Of a DNA stretch of 64,000 nt, positions 35,098 to 43,085 are shown one piece after another. Position 1 is the first letter of the stretch, and every line of letters begins with the position of its first letter. Location: assembly GCA_963728115.1 (NCBI GenBank), contig CAVSJE010000004.1, forward strand, positions 30,982 to 94,981, in the 5' to 3' direction. Under the pieces are notes generated by a model, which was not told the origin of the DNA, searched no databases, and was given only the letters and a program-made list of their open reading frames with translations. This DNA is from an uncultured Gemmatimonadaceae bacterium. GTDB taxonomy: Bacteria; Gemmatimonadota; Gemmatimonadetes; Gemmatimonadales; Gemmatimonadaceae. The position numbers and the translations under genes were made by a program.

Positions 35098-37549
35098 GCC
35101 CACCGCATTCGCCGCCGGCGCGATGCCGGGAGCGCGCACGCGCGCCGGCGTCCACTGCACCCACTGCGGCCTCGTCGTCCCGAGCGGGCTCGTCGTCGAG
35201 GGCGCCGATCGGCAGTTCTGCTGCACGGGATGCCGGTGCGCCTTCGAGATTCTGCACGACCATGGCCTCGATCAGTACTACCGGCTCGGCGAGCTGCGCG
35301 AAGCCGCGGTAACCCCGACCGGGCGAACGTACGAGGAGTTCGACCACGACGCCTTCCAGGCGCTGTACGTACGCGGATTGCCGAACGGACTCGCCCAGGT
35401 GGAGCTGTATCTCGAGGGCGTGCACTGCGCATCGTGCGTGTGGTTGGTAGAGCGCGTGCCGCTGCTGCTGCCGGGCGTGGCGGCGGCGGAGTTGGAGATC
35501 CGACGGTCACTGGCCCGCGTGATCTGGGATCCCGCCGCCGTGCCCCTGTCGCAGGTTGCCCGGATGCTCGACTCGCTGGGCTATCCGCCGCACCCCTTCC
35601 GGGGCGTGCAGCGCGACGCGATCCGGCGCCGCGAGGACCGAGCCATGCTCGTGCGGATCGGCGTCGCCGGCGCCATCGCCGGCAACATCATGCTGGCCGC
35701 GTTCGCGCTGTATGCGGGATGGCTGGGCGGCATGGAACACGAGTGGCAGCAATTCTTCCGCTGGCTCAGCCTGCTGCTGGTCACGCCCGCCCTACTCTGG
35801 CCCGGCCGCGTGTTCTTCTCCGGTGCCTGGGCAGCCCTCCGGACGCGGACCCTTCATATGGATGTGCCCGTGGCTCTCGGGCTCGCCGTCGGATATCTCC
35901 AGGGCGCCGTGAACACGGTGCGCGACTCCGGCCCGATCTACTTCGACGGCCTCGCGCTGCTGATCTTTCTCCTGCTCGTGGGGCGCTACCTGCAGCAGCG
36001 CGGCCAGCGGGCGGCCGCGGACGGCGCCGAGCTGCTCTACTCGCTCACCCCGTCCACGGCGCGTGTAGCCGACGACGCCGGGCAGGTGCGCGAGATCCCC
36101 TCCGACGCCCTCCTCCCCGGCATGGTGCTCGACGTACGGCCGGGCGAGACGCTGGCCGCCGACGGCGTGGTCACGCGCGGCGAATCGCGGATCGACACCG
36201 CCCTGCTCACCGGCGAATCGCGTCCCGTCCCCGCCGCCGAAGGCAGCGCGGTGTTCGCCGGCACGGTGAACCTCTCGTCACCGCTGCGCGTGCGGGTCGA
36301 ACAGGCGGGTGAGTCGAGCCGCGTGGCCAGAATCCTCCAACAGGTCGAAGAGAGCGCACGTCGACGCGCTCCGGTGGTGGAGACGGCCAACCGGATGGCG
36401 GCCTGGTTCGTGGGTGCGGTCCTGCTCCTGGCGGGAATCACCTTTGTGATCTGGGAGATCCGCGATCCCTCCCGGGCCGTGGACAACGCCATCTCGCTGC
36501 TCATCGTCACCTGTCCCTGCGCGCTGGCGCTGTCCACCCCGCTCGCGGTCTCGATGGCCATCGGACGGGCGGCGCGCCGGGGGATCTTCATCAAGGGCGG
36601 CGACGTCGTGGAGACGCTCGCCCGCCCCGGCACGATGCTGCTCGACAAGACGGGGACGATCACGGAGGGAAGCACGGCGCTGGTCCACTGGGAGGGGCCG
36701 GATTGGGTGAGGCCTCTCGTCCTCGGTCTGGAAGCCGAGTCGACGCACCCGCTGGCGGCGGGCTTTCGCGCCGCGTGGGCCGAACTGCCGGCGCCGCCGG
36801 CGGAGCGGTCGACGCACGTCGTGGGCGGCGGCGTGGAGGGAGTCGTACGGGGCCACGCCGTCGTGATCGGCTCGCCGGCGTTCGTCCGCTCGCGCGCGAC
36901 GCGCGCCGAGCTGACCGACGCGCTGGCCGGCACGCTCGATCCCTCGCTCACGCCGGTGCTCGTGGCGGTCGATGACCGGGTGTGCGCGGCCGCCGGCTTC
37001 GGCGATCCGCTGCGCCCCGACGCCGGCGAGGCCGTGCGGGCACTTCGCGCGCGTGGCTGGGCCGTGGGCGTGCTGTCGGGTGACGCGCCGACGGTGGTCG
37101 CGCGCATCGGTCGCGAACTCGGGCTGCCCGCCGACGCCTGCGTCGGCGGCGCGTCGCCGGAGGACAAGATGCGGGCGGTGGAAGCGGCGCGGGGACCGCG
37201 TCCGGTCGTCATGGTCGGCGACGGCGTGAACGACGCGGCGGCGATCGCCGCCGCGTCGGTGGGAATCGGCGTGCACGGCGGGGCCGAAACCTGCCTCGCG
37301 ACGGCCGATGTGTATCTCACGCAGCCGGGGCTGGCCCCCCTGGTCCACCTGATCCGCGGCGCGGAGCGGACGATGCACGTAATCCGCCGCAATCTGGCCT
37401 TTTCCCTCGCCTACAACCTGGTCGGCGCCGGGCTGGCCATGGCTGGCGCTATCAATCCGCTGGTCGCAGCTTTGATGATGCCGGCGAGTTCGCTCACCGT
37501 GGTCGTCAGTTCGTGGCGGACGCGTACGTTTGACGGAGGCGGGCATTGA
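35084..37549 (+). CDS. ccoI: Copper-translocating P1B-type ATPase CcoI/FixI
   Basis: 821 aa. It has an N-terminal CTHCG...FCCTGC motif and the CPC, DKTGT and GDGVNDA motifs. Confidence 0.93.
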   Translation: MSLAEPTAFAAGAMPGARTRAGVHCTHCGLVVPSGLVVEGADRQFCCTGCRCAFEILHDHGLDQYYRLGELREAAVTPTGRTYEEFDHDAFQALYVRGLPNGLAQVELYLEGVHCASCVWLVERVPLLLPGVAAAELEIRRSLARVIWDPAAVPLSQVARMLDSLGYPPHPFRGVQRDAIRRREDRAMLVRIGVAGAIAGNIMLAAFALYAGWLGGMEHEWQQFFRWLSLLLVTPALLWPGRVFFSGAWAALRTRTLHMDVPVALGLAVGYLQGAVNTVRDSGPIYFDGLALLIFLLLVGRYLQQRGQRAAADGAELLYSLTPSTARVADDAGQVREIPSDALLPGMVLDVRPGETLAADGVVTRGESRIDTALLTGESRPVPAAEGSAVFAGTVNLSSPLRVRVEQAGESSRVARILQQVEESARRRAPVVETANRMAAWFVGAVLLLAGITFVIWEIRDPSRAVDNAISLLIVTCPCALALSTPLAVSMAIGRAARRGIFIKGGDVVETLARPGTMLLDKTGTITEGSTALVHWEGPDWVRPLVLGLEAESTHPLAAGFRAAWAELPAPPAERSTHVVGGGVEGVVRGHAVVIGSPAFVRSRATRAELTDALAGTLDPSLTPVLVAVDDRVCAAAGFGDPLRPDAGEAVRALRARGWAVGVLSGDAPTVVARIGRELGLPADACVGGASPEDKMRAVEAARGPRPVVMVGDGVNDAAAIAAASVGIGVHGGAETCLATADVYLTQPGLAPLVHLIRGAERTMHVIRRNLAFSLAYNLVGAGLAMAGAINPLVAALMMPASSLTVVVSSWRTRTFDGGGH

Positions 37550-37725
37550 GTGTCATCTACATCGTGGTGCCGCTGGCGCTGCTCGTCGTTGGTGCGGCGG
37601 TGGCGGCGTTCGTGTGGGCCGCGAACCGCGGCCAGTTCGACGATCTCGAGACGCCGGCGGTGCGAATGCTGCACGACGATGAACAACGAACGCCCCCGGC
37701 GACGAAACGTGGACCCCGGGATTGA
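37546..37725 (+). CDS. ccoS: cbb3 oxidase maturation protein CcoS/FixS (59 aa, TTG start)
   Basis: It is not in the ORF track. My own translation from the TTG at 37546 is (M)SVIYIVVPLALLVVGAAVAAFVWAANRGQFDDLETPAVRMLHDD..., which is the canonical CcoS signature. It overlaps the ccoI stop as TTGA. Confidence 0.8.
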   Translation: MSVIYIVVPLALLVVGAAVAAFVWAANRGQFDDLETPAVRMLHDDEQRTPPATKRGPRD

Positions 37726-37944
37726 CCCCGGTGGCAGTGCCGGCGGGCCCTACACAGATTCAGGTGTTTCCCGACACCTGGGTGTCGGGGGACGGATAGG
37801 TTCAGCCGCGACTACTAGGAAGCACCGCCGGACCGGGCGCCAGTCGCCGGCGCCGGCGATGCGCGAGACGCCGGAGCATTCGGCGCATGCAAACTCATTC
37901 CGGATCGGAACGATGAGATCTCGCATGGAAGGAGCGCTACGCTC

Positions 37945-38412
37945 GTGACCTCTCCGGCGGCGGACCCCGACAACGGCGGCGTGTCATGGGAGGCCGGTTT
38001 CAGCGAGCACCTGCTCGGCGGCATCATCATCCTGATGGTGGTGGCCGCGGCGCTGATCGGCTTCCTGTACCTGCTGCCCCCCGAGCGCCTCCAGCTTCCC
38101 GAACTGCAACCCGCGTTCGTCGTCGCCCCGGTCGCGCAATTCCCGGTGGGTGCGAGTCGCGTGGTGGACTGGGGGGAACAGGTCATTCTCGTCGTCCGGA
38201 CGGGCGAACAGGCGTACTCCGGCGTGCAGGGCGCTTCCCCCGCCGACGGATGCATCCTGGACTGGGATCCGACCTCGCTCCGCGTGCTCTCGCCGTGCAG
38301 CTACATCGTCTATGATCTGCAGGGCAACGTCGTCCGCGGATTGACCACGGTGCCGCTCCAGCGGTACCCGGTGTTCGTGCGCGATTCCGTCGTCTACGTG
38401 GGGAGGCCATAG
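37945..38412 (+). CDS. Rieske-fold protein with degenerate cluster-binding boxes (no Cys/His ligands)
   Basis: The GTG start is preceded by GGAAGGAG. It has one N-terminal TM helix. The C-terminal region aligns to the Rieske boxes as SPADGC-x12-SPCSYIVYDLQGNVVRG. Confidence 0.7.
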   Translation: MTSPAADPDNGGVSWEAGFSEHLLGGIIILMVVAAALIGFLYLLPPERLQLPELQPAFVVAPVAQFPVGASRVVDWGEQVILVVRTGEQAYSGVQGASPADGCILDWDPTSLRVLSPCSYIVYDLQGNVVRGLTTVPLQRYPVFVRDSVVYVGRP

Positions 38413-38413
38413 C

Positions 38414-39703
38414 ATGCTCGGTCGTGCATGGAAGGCCGTGATGGCCTGGGCCGGGCGGTTCTGGGACGATCTCAAGTCGAGCACCGACGCCAGCCTGCTC
38501 TCGTTCCTGCGATTCCTGGGGCTGCTGTACGGGCGCATCGACACCCGGCTGCCCATCGATCAGGCGTTCCGCAAGGCGCTGAACCACAGGATGTCGCGGC
38601 ACACCGGCTGGCGGCAGGCCTTCGGCGGCATCACCTATCTGCTGTTCATGGTGCTCGTCGTCACCGGTGTGTTGCTCTCGTTCTACTATCGGCCGTCGGC
38701 CGAGGAGGCGTACCAGAGCATCCAGCACGTCGTCACCGGGGTGAGCCTCGGCTGGCTCATGCGCGACATGCACGTCTGGGCGGCCAACCTCGTGGTCCTC
38801 GCGGCGCTGGTGCACATGGGGCGCGTGTTCTTCGATGCCGCCTACAAGCCGCCCCGCGAAACGAACTGGCTCATCGGACTGCTCCTGCTGTTCGTGATCT
38901 TCGCCTTCGGCGCCACGGGCTACCTCCTGCCGTGGGATCAGTGGTCCTACTGGACGGTGACGGAGGGGTTGAGCATCCTCGGCCACGTGCCGCTCGTCGG
39001 CGGTGCGCTGGTGGAGATCCTGCGCGGCGATCCCCTGGTTACCGGGGCCACGCTGAGCCGGTTCTTCGCCCTCCACGTGATCGTACTGCCGTGGCTCGCC
39101 CTGGGGTTGTTGGTGCTGCACTTCGCGCTCGTACGGAAGCACGGCATCGCCCCGCCCCGGGATCTGCCGGCCGACGAGGCCGGCGCGCCCGATGCATCGG
39201 GCGTTCCGTTCTTCCCCAACCATTTCCTCCGTTCGCTCATCGTGGGCGTGCTCGTGTTGACGGTGGTGATCACGGCCGCGGCGCTCTATCCCCGCGATCT
39301 GGCGGCGCCGGCAAGCGCCGCCCAACCGCCGGAGACGCTGCGTTCCACCTGGATCGTGGCCGACGTGTCGCGGGCTCTGTTCTACTACCTGGGGGCCTGG
39401 GGCTTCATCGGCTTCGTCGCCCTGGGAGCGGTCATGGTGCTGCTGCCGCTCTTCGATCGATCGGCGGAACGCCGGCTGCGAAAGCGTCCGTTGGTGGCCG
39501 GGCTCGGCATCGTCTTCTTCGCGGGATTCTTCGTCGCGTGGGCCGCCGGATGGCAACTCCGGTCGGTGCCGGTCGCGACCTCCGGCGAATTGGCGCCGGT
39601 CATCCAGCCCCTGTCGGCGCCGGGGCCCACGCTTCCGCGCTTCACGCCACTGGCTCCGACCGCGCAACCGGCGGGCACGACGAGCACGAGGGTTCCGAAA
39701 TGA
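38414..39703 (+). CDS. Cytochrome b, b6-type, fused with a subunit-IV-like C-terminal half
   Basis: 429 aa. It has His pairs H-x13-H (RDMHVWAANLVVLAALVHMGR) and H-x14-H (LHVIVLPWLALGLLVLHF), and the motif YLLPWDQWSYW. Confidence 0.9.
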   Translation: MLGRAWKAVMAWAGRFWDDLKSSTDASLLSFLRFLGLLYGRIDTRLPIDQAFRKALNHRMSRHTGWRQAFGGITYLLFMVLVVTGVLLSFYYRPSAEEAYQSIQHVVTGVSLGWLMRDMHVWAANLVVLAALVHMGRVFFDAAYKPPRETNWLIGLLLLFVIFAFGATGYLLPWDQWSYWTVTEGLSILGHVPLVGGALVEILRGDPLVTGATLSRFFALHVIVLPWLALGLLVLHFALVRKHGIAPPRDLPADEAGAPDASGVPFFPNHFLRSLIVGVLVLTVVITAAALYPRDLAAPASAAQPPETLRSTWIVADVSRALFYYLGAWGFIGFVALGAVMVLLPLFDRSAERRLRKRPLVAGLGIVFFAGFFVAWAAGWQLRSVPVATSGELAPVIQPLSAPGPTLPRFTPLAPTAQPAGTTSTRVPK

Positions 39704-40962
39704 GATCCGCCGCGATCAGCACCCTGTTGGCGGTCGCCGTCCTCGCCGTCCATCCCGCTCCGACGCGGGCCATGCAGGCGCCGGTGGGCCAGAGTACGAC
39801 GGGTGTCGATTCGACCAACGGCTGCCTGGCCTGCCACGCCGCCCAGCGCGAAGCGGCGACCACGGGTGTGCACTCGCAGCACGGCATCCGCTGCGTCGAC
39901 TGCCATGGCGGCGACGCGTCGGTCCGCACGCTGCCCGGCGCCCATCGCGGTGGATTCATCGGCACGCCGGACAAGCTCCAGACGGCGCAGCTCTGCGGCT
40001 CCTGCCACTCCGACCCGAACCGGATGCGCGAGTACGGCCTGCCCACCGGCCAACTCTCGCAATTCCGGACGAGCCGGCACGGCCAGCTCCTGTTCGGCCA
40101 GCACAACACCGACGCGCCGACCTGCACCGACTGCCACGGCACGCACATCATCTATCCCCCGTACGACGCCCGGAGCCGGGTGTACCCGACCAACATCCCG
40201 AGTACCTGTGCGCACTGCCATTCGGATACCAAGCTGATGGCGAAGTACCATCTGCGCACCGACCAACTGGACCAGTTCCGCAACAGTGCGCACGGGGTGG
40301 CGCTCTTCCAGAAACAGAACTTCGCGGCGCCCACGTGCATCGGCTGCCACGGCGCGCACTCCGCGCTGCCACCCAAAGCCACCGAGGTCGCCAGCGTCTG
40401 CGGCCAGTGCCATGCGCTCGTCGATCAGGCGTTCGAGGCGGGGCCGCACGGCACCGCCGCCCGATCCGGCAAGCTTCACGGCTGTCTGGGATGCCACACC
40501 AATCACAGCACCGAGCGCGTGGCCATCGACAAGATCGGGGCGACGTGCGACCAGTGCCACGCGGCGAACACCCGCCTGCATCAGATGGGCGTCGACCTGC
40601 AGCGGAGCGTCTCGCAGGCGAGCGACGACATGCAGTCGGCGCGGCGAGCGGTGGACGAGATGGCCGTAGCCGGCAAGCAGGTGGGCTACTACCGGTTCCG
40701 GTTGCAGTCCGCCCTCACGAGCTACGAACAGATCGCCCAGGCGCAGCACAGTCTCGACCTCGAGCGGGTGGATGCCCTGGCGCGCAAGGTGCGCTCCATT
40801 TCCGTGGACCTGAACGACGCCGCGAACACCACGCGCGACGACCGCTGGGAGCACAAGCTGTTGCTGGTGCCGGTGTGGTTCCTCTCGCTGTCGGCCGTGG
40901 TGCTGGCGTGGCTGGCCCTGCGGGCGCTGCGCAGAGCGGGCGACACCCGCCGGGACGGGTAG
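39700..40962 (+). CDS. 9-haem c-type cytochrome with signal peptide and C-terminal TM anchor
   Basis: The ATG overlaps the cytochrome b stop as ATGA. It has nine CxxCH motifs and a C-terminal helix LLLVPVWFLSLSAVVLAWLAL. Confidence 0.88.
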   Translation: MRSAAISTLLAVAVLAVHPAPTRAMQAPVGQSTTGVDSTNGCLACHAAQREAATTGVHSQHGIRCVDCHGGDASVRTLPGAHRGGFIGTPDKLQTAQLCGSCHSDPNRMREYGLPTGQLSQFRTSRHGQLLFGQHNTDAPTCTDCHGTHIIYPPYDARSRVYPTNIPSTCAHCHSDTKLMAKYHLRTDQLDQFRNSAHGVALFQKQNFAAPTCIGCHGAHSALPPKATEVASVCGQCHALVDQAFEAGPHGTAARSGKLHGCLGCHTNHSTERVAIDKIGATCDQCHAANTRLHQMGVDLQRSVSQASDDMQSARRAVDEMAVAGKQVGYYRFRLQSALTSYEQIAQAQHSLDLERVDALARKVRSISVDLNDAANTTRDDRWEHKLLLVPVWFLSLSAVVLAWLALRALRRAGDTRRDG

Positions 40963-40966
40963 GGTC

Positions 40967-42997
40967 ATGTCTCCCGCCGTCCGCCGGCGCCTCTCCCGGG
41001 TCGCCCGCGTCCTGATCCCGGTTGGCATCCTTTCCGTCATCCTCGTGACCGTGGGGACGGTGACGTTCGTGCAGGTGTCCAGCCAGCCCTGGTTCTGCGG
41101 CAGCTGCCACATCATGCAGCCGTACTACAAGTCGTGGAGCACGTCCACCCACCGGAACGTGGCCTGCATCAAGTGCCACATCGCCCCCGGCGTGAAGGCC
41201 GAGGCGATGAAGAAGTTCCAGGCCGCCAACATGGTAGTGAAGGACTTCACCGGGCAGACGAAGACCCGCCCCTGGGCCGAGATCGAGGACGCCTCCTGCC
41301 TCCGCTCCGGGTGCCACACCGACCGGCTGATCGAGGGCCGCGTCGACTTCAAGGGCGTGAAGTTCGACCACACCAAGCACCTGGGCGAGGTGCGCGAAGG
41401 CATGCAGCTGCACTGCACGAGCTGCCACTCGCAGATCGTGCAGGGCACGCACATCGCCGTCACCGAGGGCACCTGCTTCCTCTGCCACTTCAAGGGGCAG
41501 CCGGCGGGGCGGCCGCTCGGCGGCTGCATCGGCTGTCACCCGTCGCCGCCCACGGTCACGTCGCCGGAAGGCTACGTCATCGACCACACCCAGTACGTCA
41601 AGAACCGGATCGACTGTCTCTCCTGCCACAACCAGGTGACCCAGGGCACCGGCGCCGCGGACCAGGCCCGGTGCGTGAGCTGCCACAACGAACCGGCCCG
41701 CCTGGCGCAGTTCAACGATCCGACGATGCTCCACAAGGTGCACGTCTCCACGCACAACATCGCGTGCATCCAGTGCCATACGTCGCTCGATCACCGCATC
41801 GTGGCGCTGACGACGAACGTCGAGCTGGATTGCAAGAGCTGCCACACCGCCGTCCACAAGGACGAGCAGAAGCTCTACGCCGGCATCGGCGGGCACGGGG
41901 TGCAGCAGACGCCGAGCGCGATGTACATGGCACGGGTGGCCTGCGTGGCCTGTCACAACCAGGCGTCGAGGCTGCCGGGGCACGACACCGTGCACGTCAC
42001 CAGCGACGCGTCGTGCATGTCGTGCCACGGCATCAAGTACGCCAACGTGCTGCCGGGGTGGGAACAGCAGATGGAGCGCAAGGTGCGGTTGGTGGGACCG
42101 GTCGTGGAGGCCGCCCAGAGCGCCGCCGCCACCCTGCCCCTGCGCAGCCGCAACCGCGCCGACAGCCTGCTCGGCATGGCGCGCGAGAACGTGGAATTCG
42201 TCCGCGCCGGCAAGGGCGCGCACAACATCGTGTACGCCGACCAGCTGCTCCGCGCCTCGGTGAGCCTGGTGCGGCAGGCCGTGAAGGACGCCGGGGTGCC
42301 CTATCGCATGCCGGCCGTGGATCTCGGACCGCCGGTGAGCGAGAACCAGTGCCTCCAGTGCCACCTCGGCGTGGAGCAGCAGAAGGCCACCTTCGACGGG
42401 CGCAATTTCGACCACACCGCGCACGTCCTCCAGGGCGGACTGCAGTGCAGCACCTGCCACACGCCGTTCGCGCAGCACGGCGGGATCACCCTCACGTCCG
42501 CCGCCAGCTGCGACGGCTGCCACCACCCGACGGTGCAGCCGGTGGCCAACTGCGCGCGCTGCCACGCCGGCCCCGGCGGCGCGCCGACCGACACCTTCCA
42601 CCTCGCCAAGGGTGACTTCTCGCACGGCGCCCACGTGGCCGCCAACGTTGACTGCAAGGCGTGCCACACGGCGCCGGTGATGAGCGCGCGGACCCTCGAC
42701 TGCGACAACTGCCACGAACAACACCATCAGCCGCAGACCGCGTGTCTGAGTTGTCACCGCGGCGGCGTGCTCGCCAAGCACAAGGTCACGGATCACGTGG
42801 CGTGCAACGCCTGTCACAAAACGGTGCCCGACCTCGGCCACTGGAGCCGCCAGGTCTGCACTGCCTGTCACGCCACGCGCACCGATCACTTCCCGGGCAA
42901 GGCGTGCGAGACCTGCCACCGGGTCCCGGCCATGGGCACCGTGCGTTCCGCGAAGCCGGCTCCGGGGAAAGCGGTCCAGACGCCCCACCCCATGTGA
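40967..42997 (+). CDS. NapC/NirT-type membrane-anchored cytochrome fused to a long multihaem extension (21 CxxCH plus 1 CxxxxCH)
   Basis: The N-terminal TM helix and WFCGSCHIM...W..S.H....CIKCH match the NapC/NirT/NrfH signature. The protein is 676 aa. Confidence 0.9.
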   Translation: MSPAVRRRLSRVARVLIPVGILSVILVTVGTVTFVQVSSQPWFCGSCHIMQPYYKSWSTSTHRNVACIKCHIAPGVKAEAMKKFQAANMVVKDFTGQTKTRPWAEIEDASCLRSGCHTDRLIEGRVDFKGVKFDHTKHLGEVREGMQLHCTSCHSQIVQGTHIAVTEGTCFLCHFKGQPAGRPLGGCIGCHPSPPTVTSPEGYVIDHTQYVKNRIDCLSCHNQVTQGTGAADQARCVSCHNEPARLAQFNDPTMLHKVHVSTHNIACIQCHTSLDHRIVALTTNVELDCKSCHTAVHKDEQKLYAGIGGHGVQQTPSAMYMARVACVACHNQASRLPGHDTVHVTSDASCMSCHGIKYANVLPGWEQQMERKVRLVGPVVEAAQSAAATLPLRSRNRADSLLGMARENVEFVRAGKGAHNIVYADQLLRASVSLVRQAVKDAGVPYRMPAVDLGPPVSENQCLQCHLGVEQQKATFDGRNFDHTAHVLQGGLQCSTCHTPFAQHGGITLTSAASCDGCHHPTVQPVANCARCHAGPGGAPTDTFHLAKGDFSHGAHVAANVDCKACHTAPVMSARTLDCDNCHEQHHQPQTACLSCHRGGVLAKHKVTDHVACNACHKTVPDLGHWSRQVCTACHATRTDHFPGKACETCHRVPAMGTVRSAKPAPGKAVQTPHPM

Positions 42998-43085
42998 CGC
43001 GCCCGCGGCGGCGCACGGCCTCCCCCAGGGCGCCGCGCGCCGGCCGCGACAGCGGCCGTGAGTCGAGGGAAGGAGATTGCGCGCA

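Noticed and set aside
37550-37948. A 132-aa ORF listed in the track downstream of ccoI.
   Set aside because: It is in the wrong frame. The overlapping TTG-start frame encodes a textbook CcoS. The listed frame gives Arg/Ser/Cys-rich sequence with no features.
37859-37948. A possible 29-codon upstream ORF (MRETPEHSAHANSFRIGTMRSRMEGALRS) whose stop overlaps the GTG start of the Rieske-like gene.
   Set aside because: Its third-position GC is only about 66%, well below that of genes here. It has no SD sequence. The GTGA overlap could be coincidental. I do not report it as a feature.
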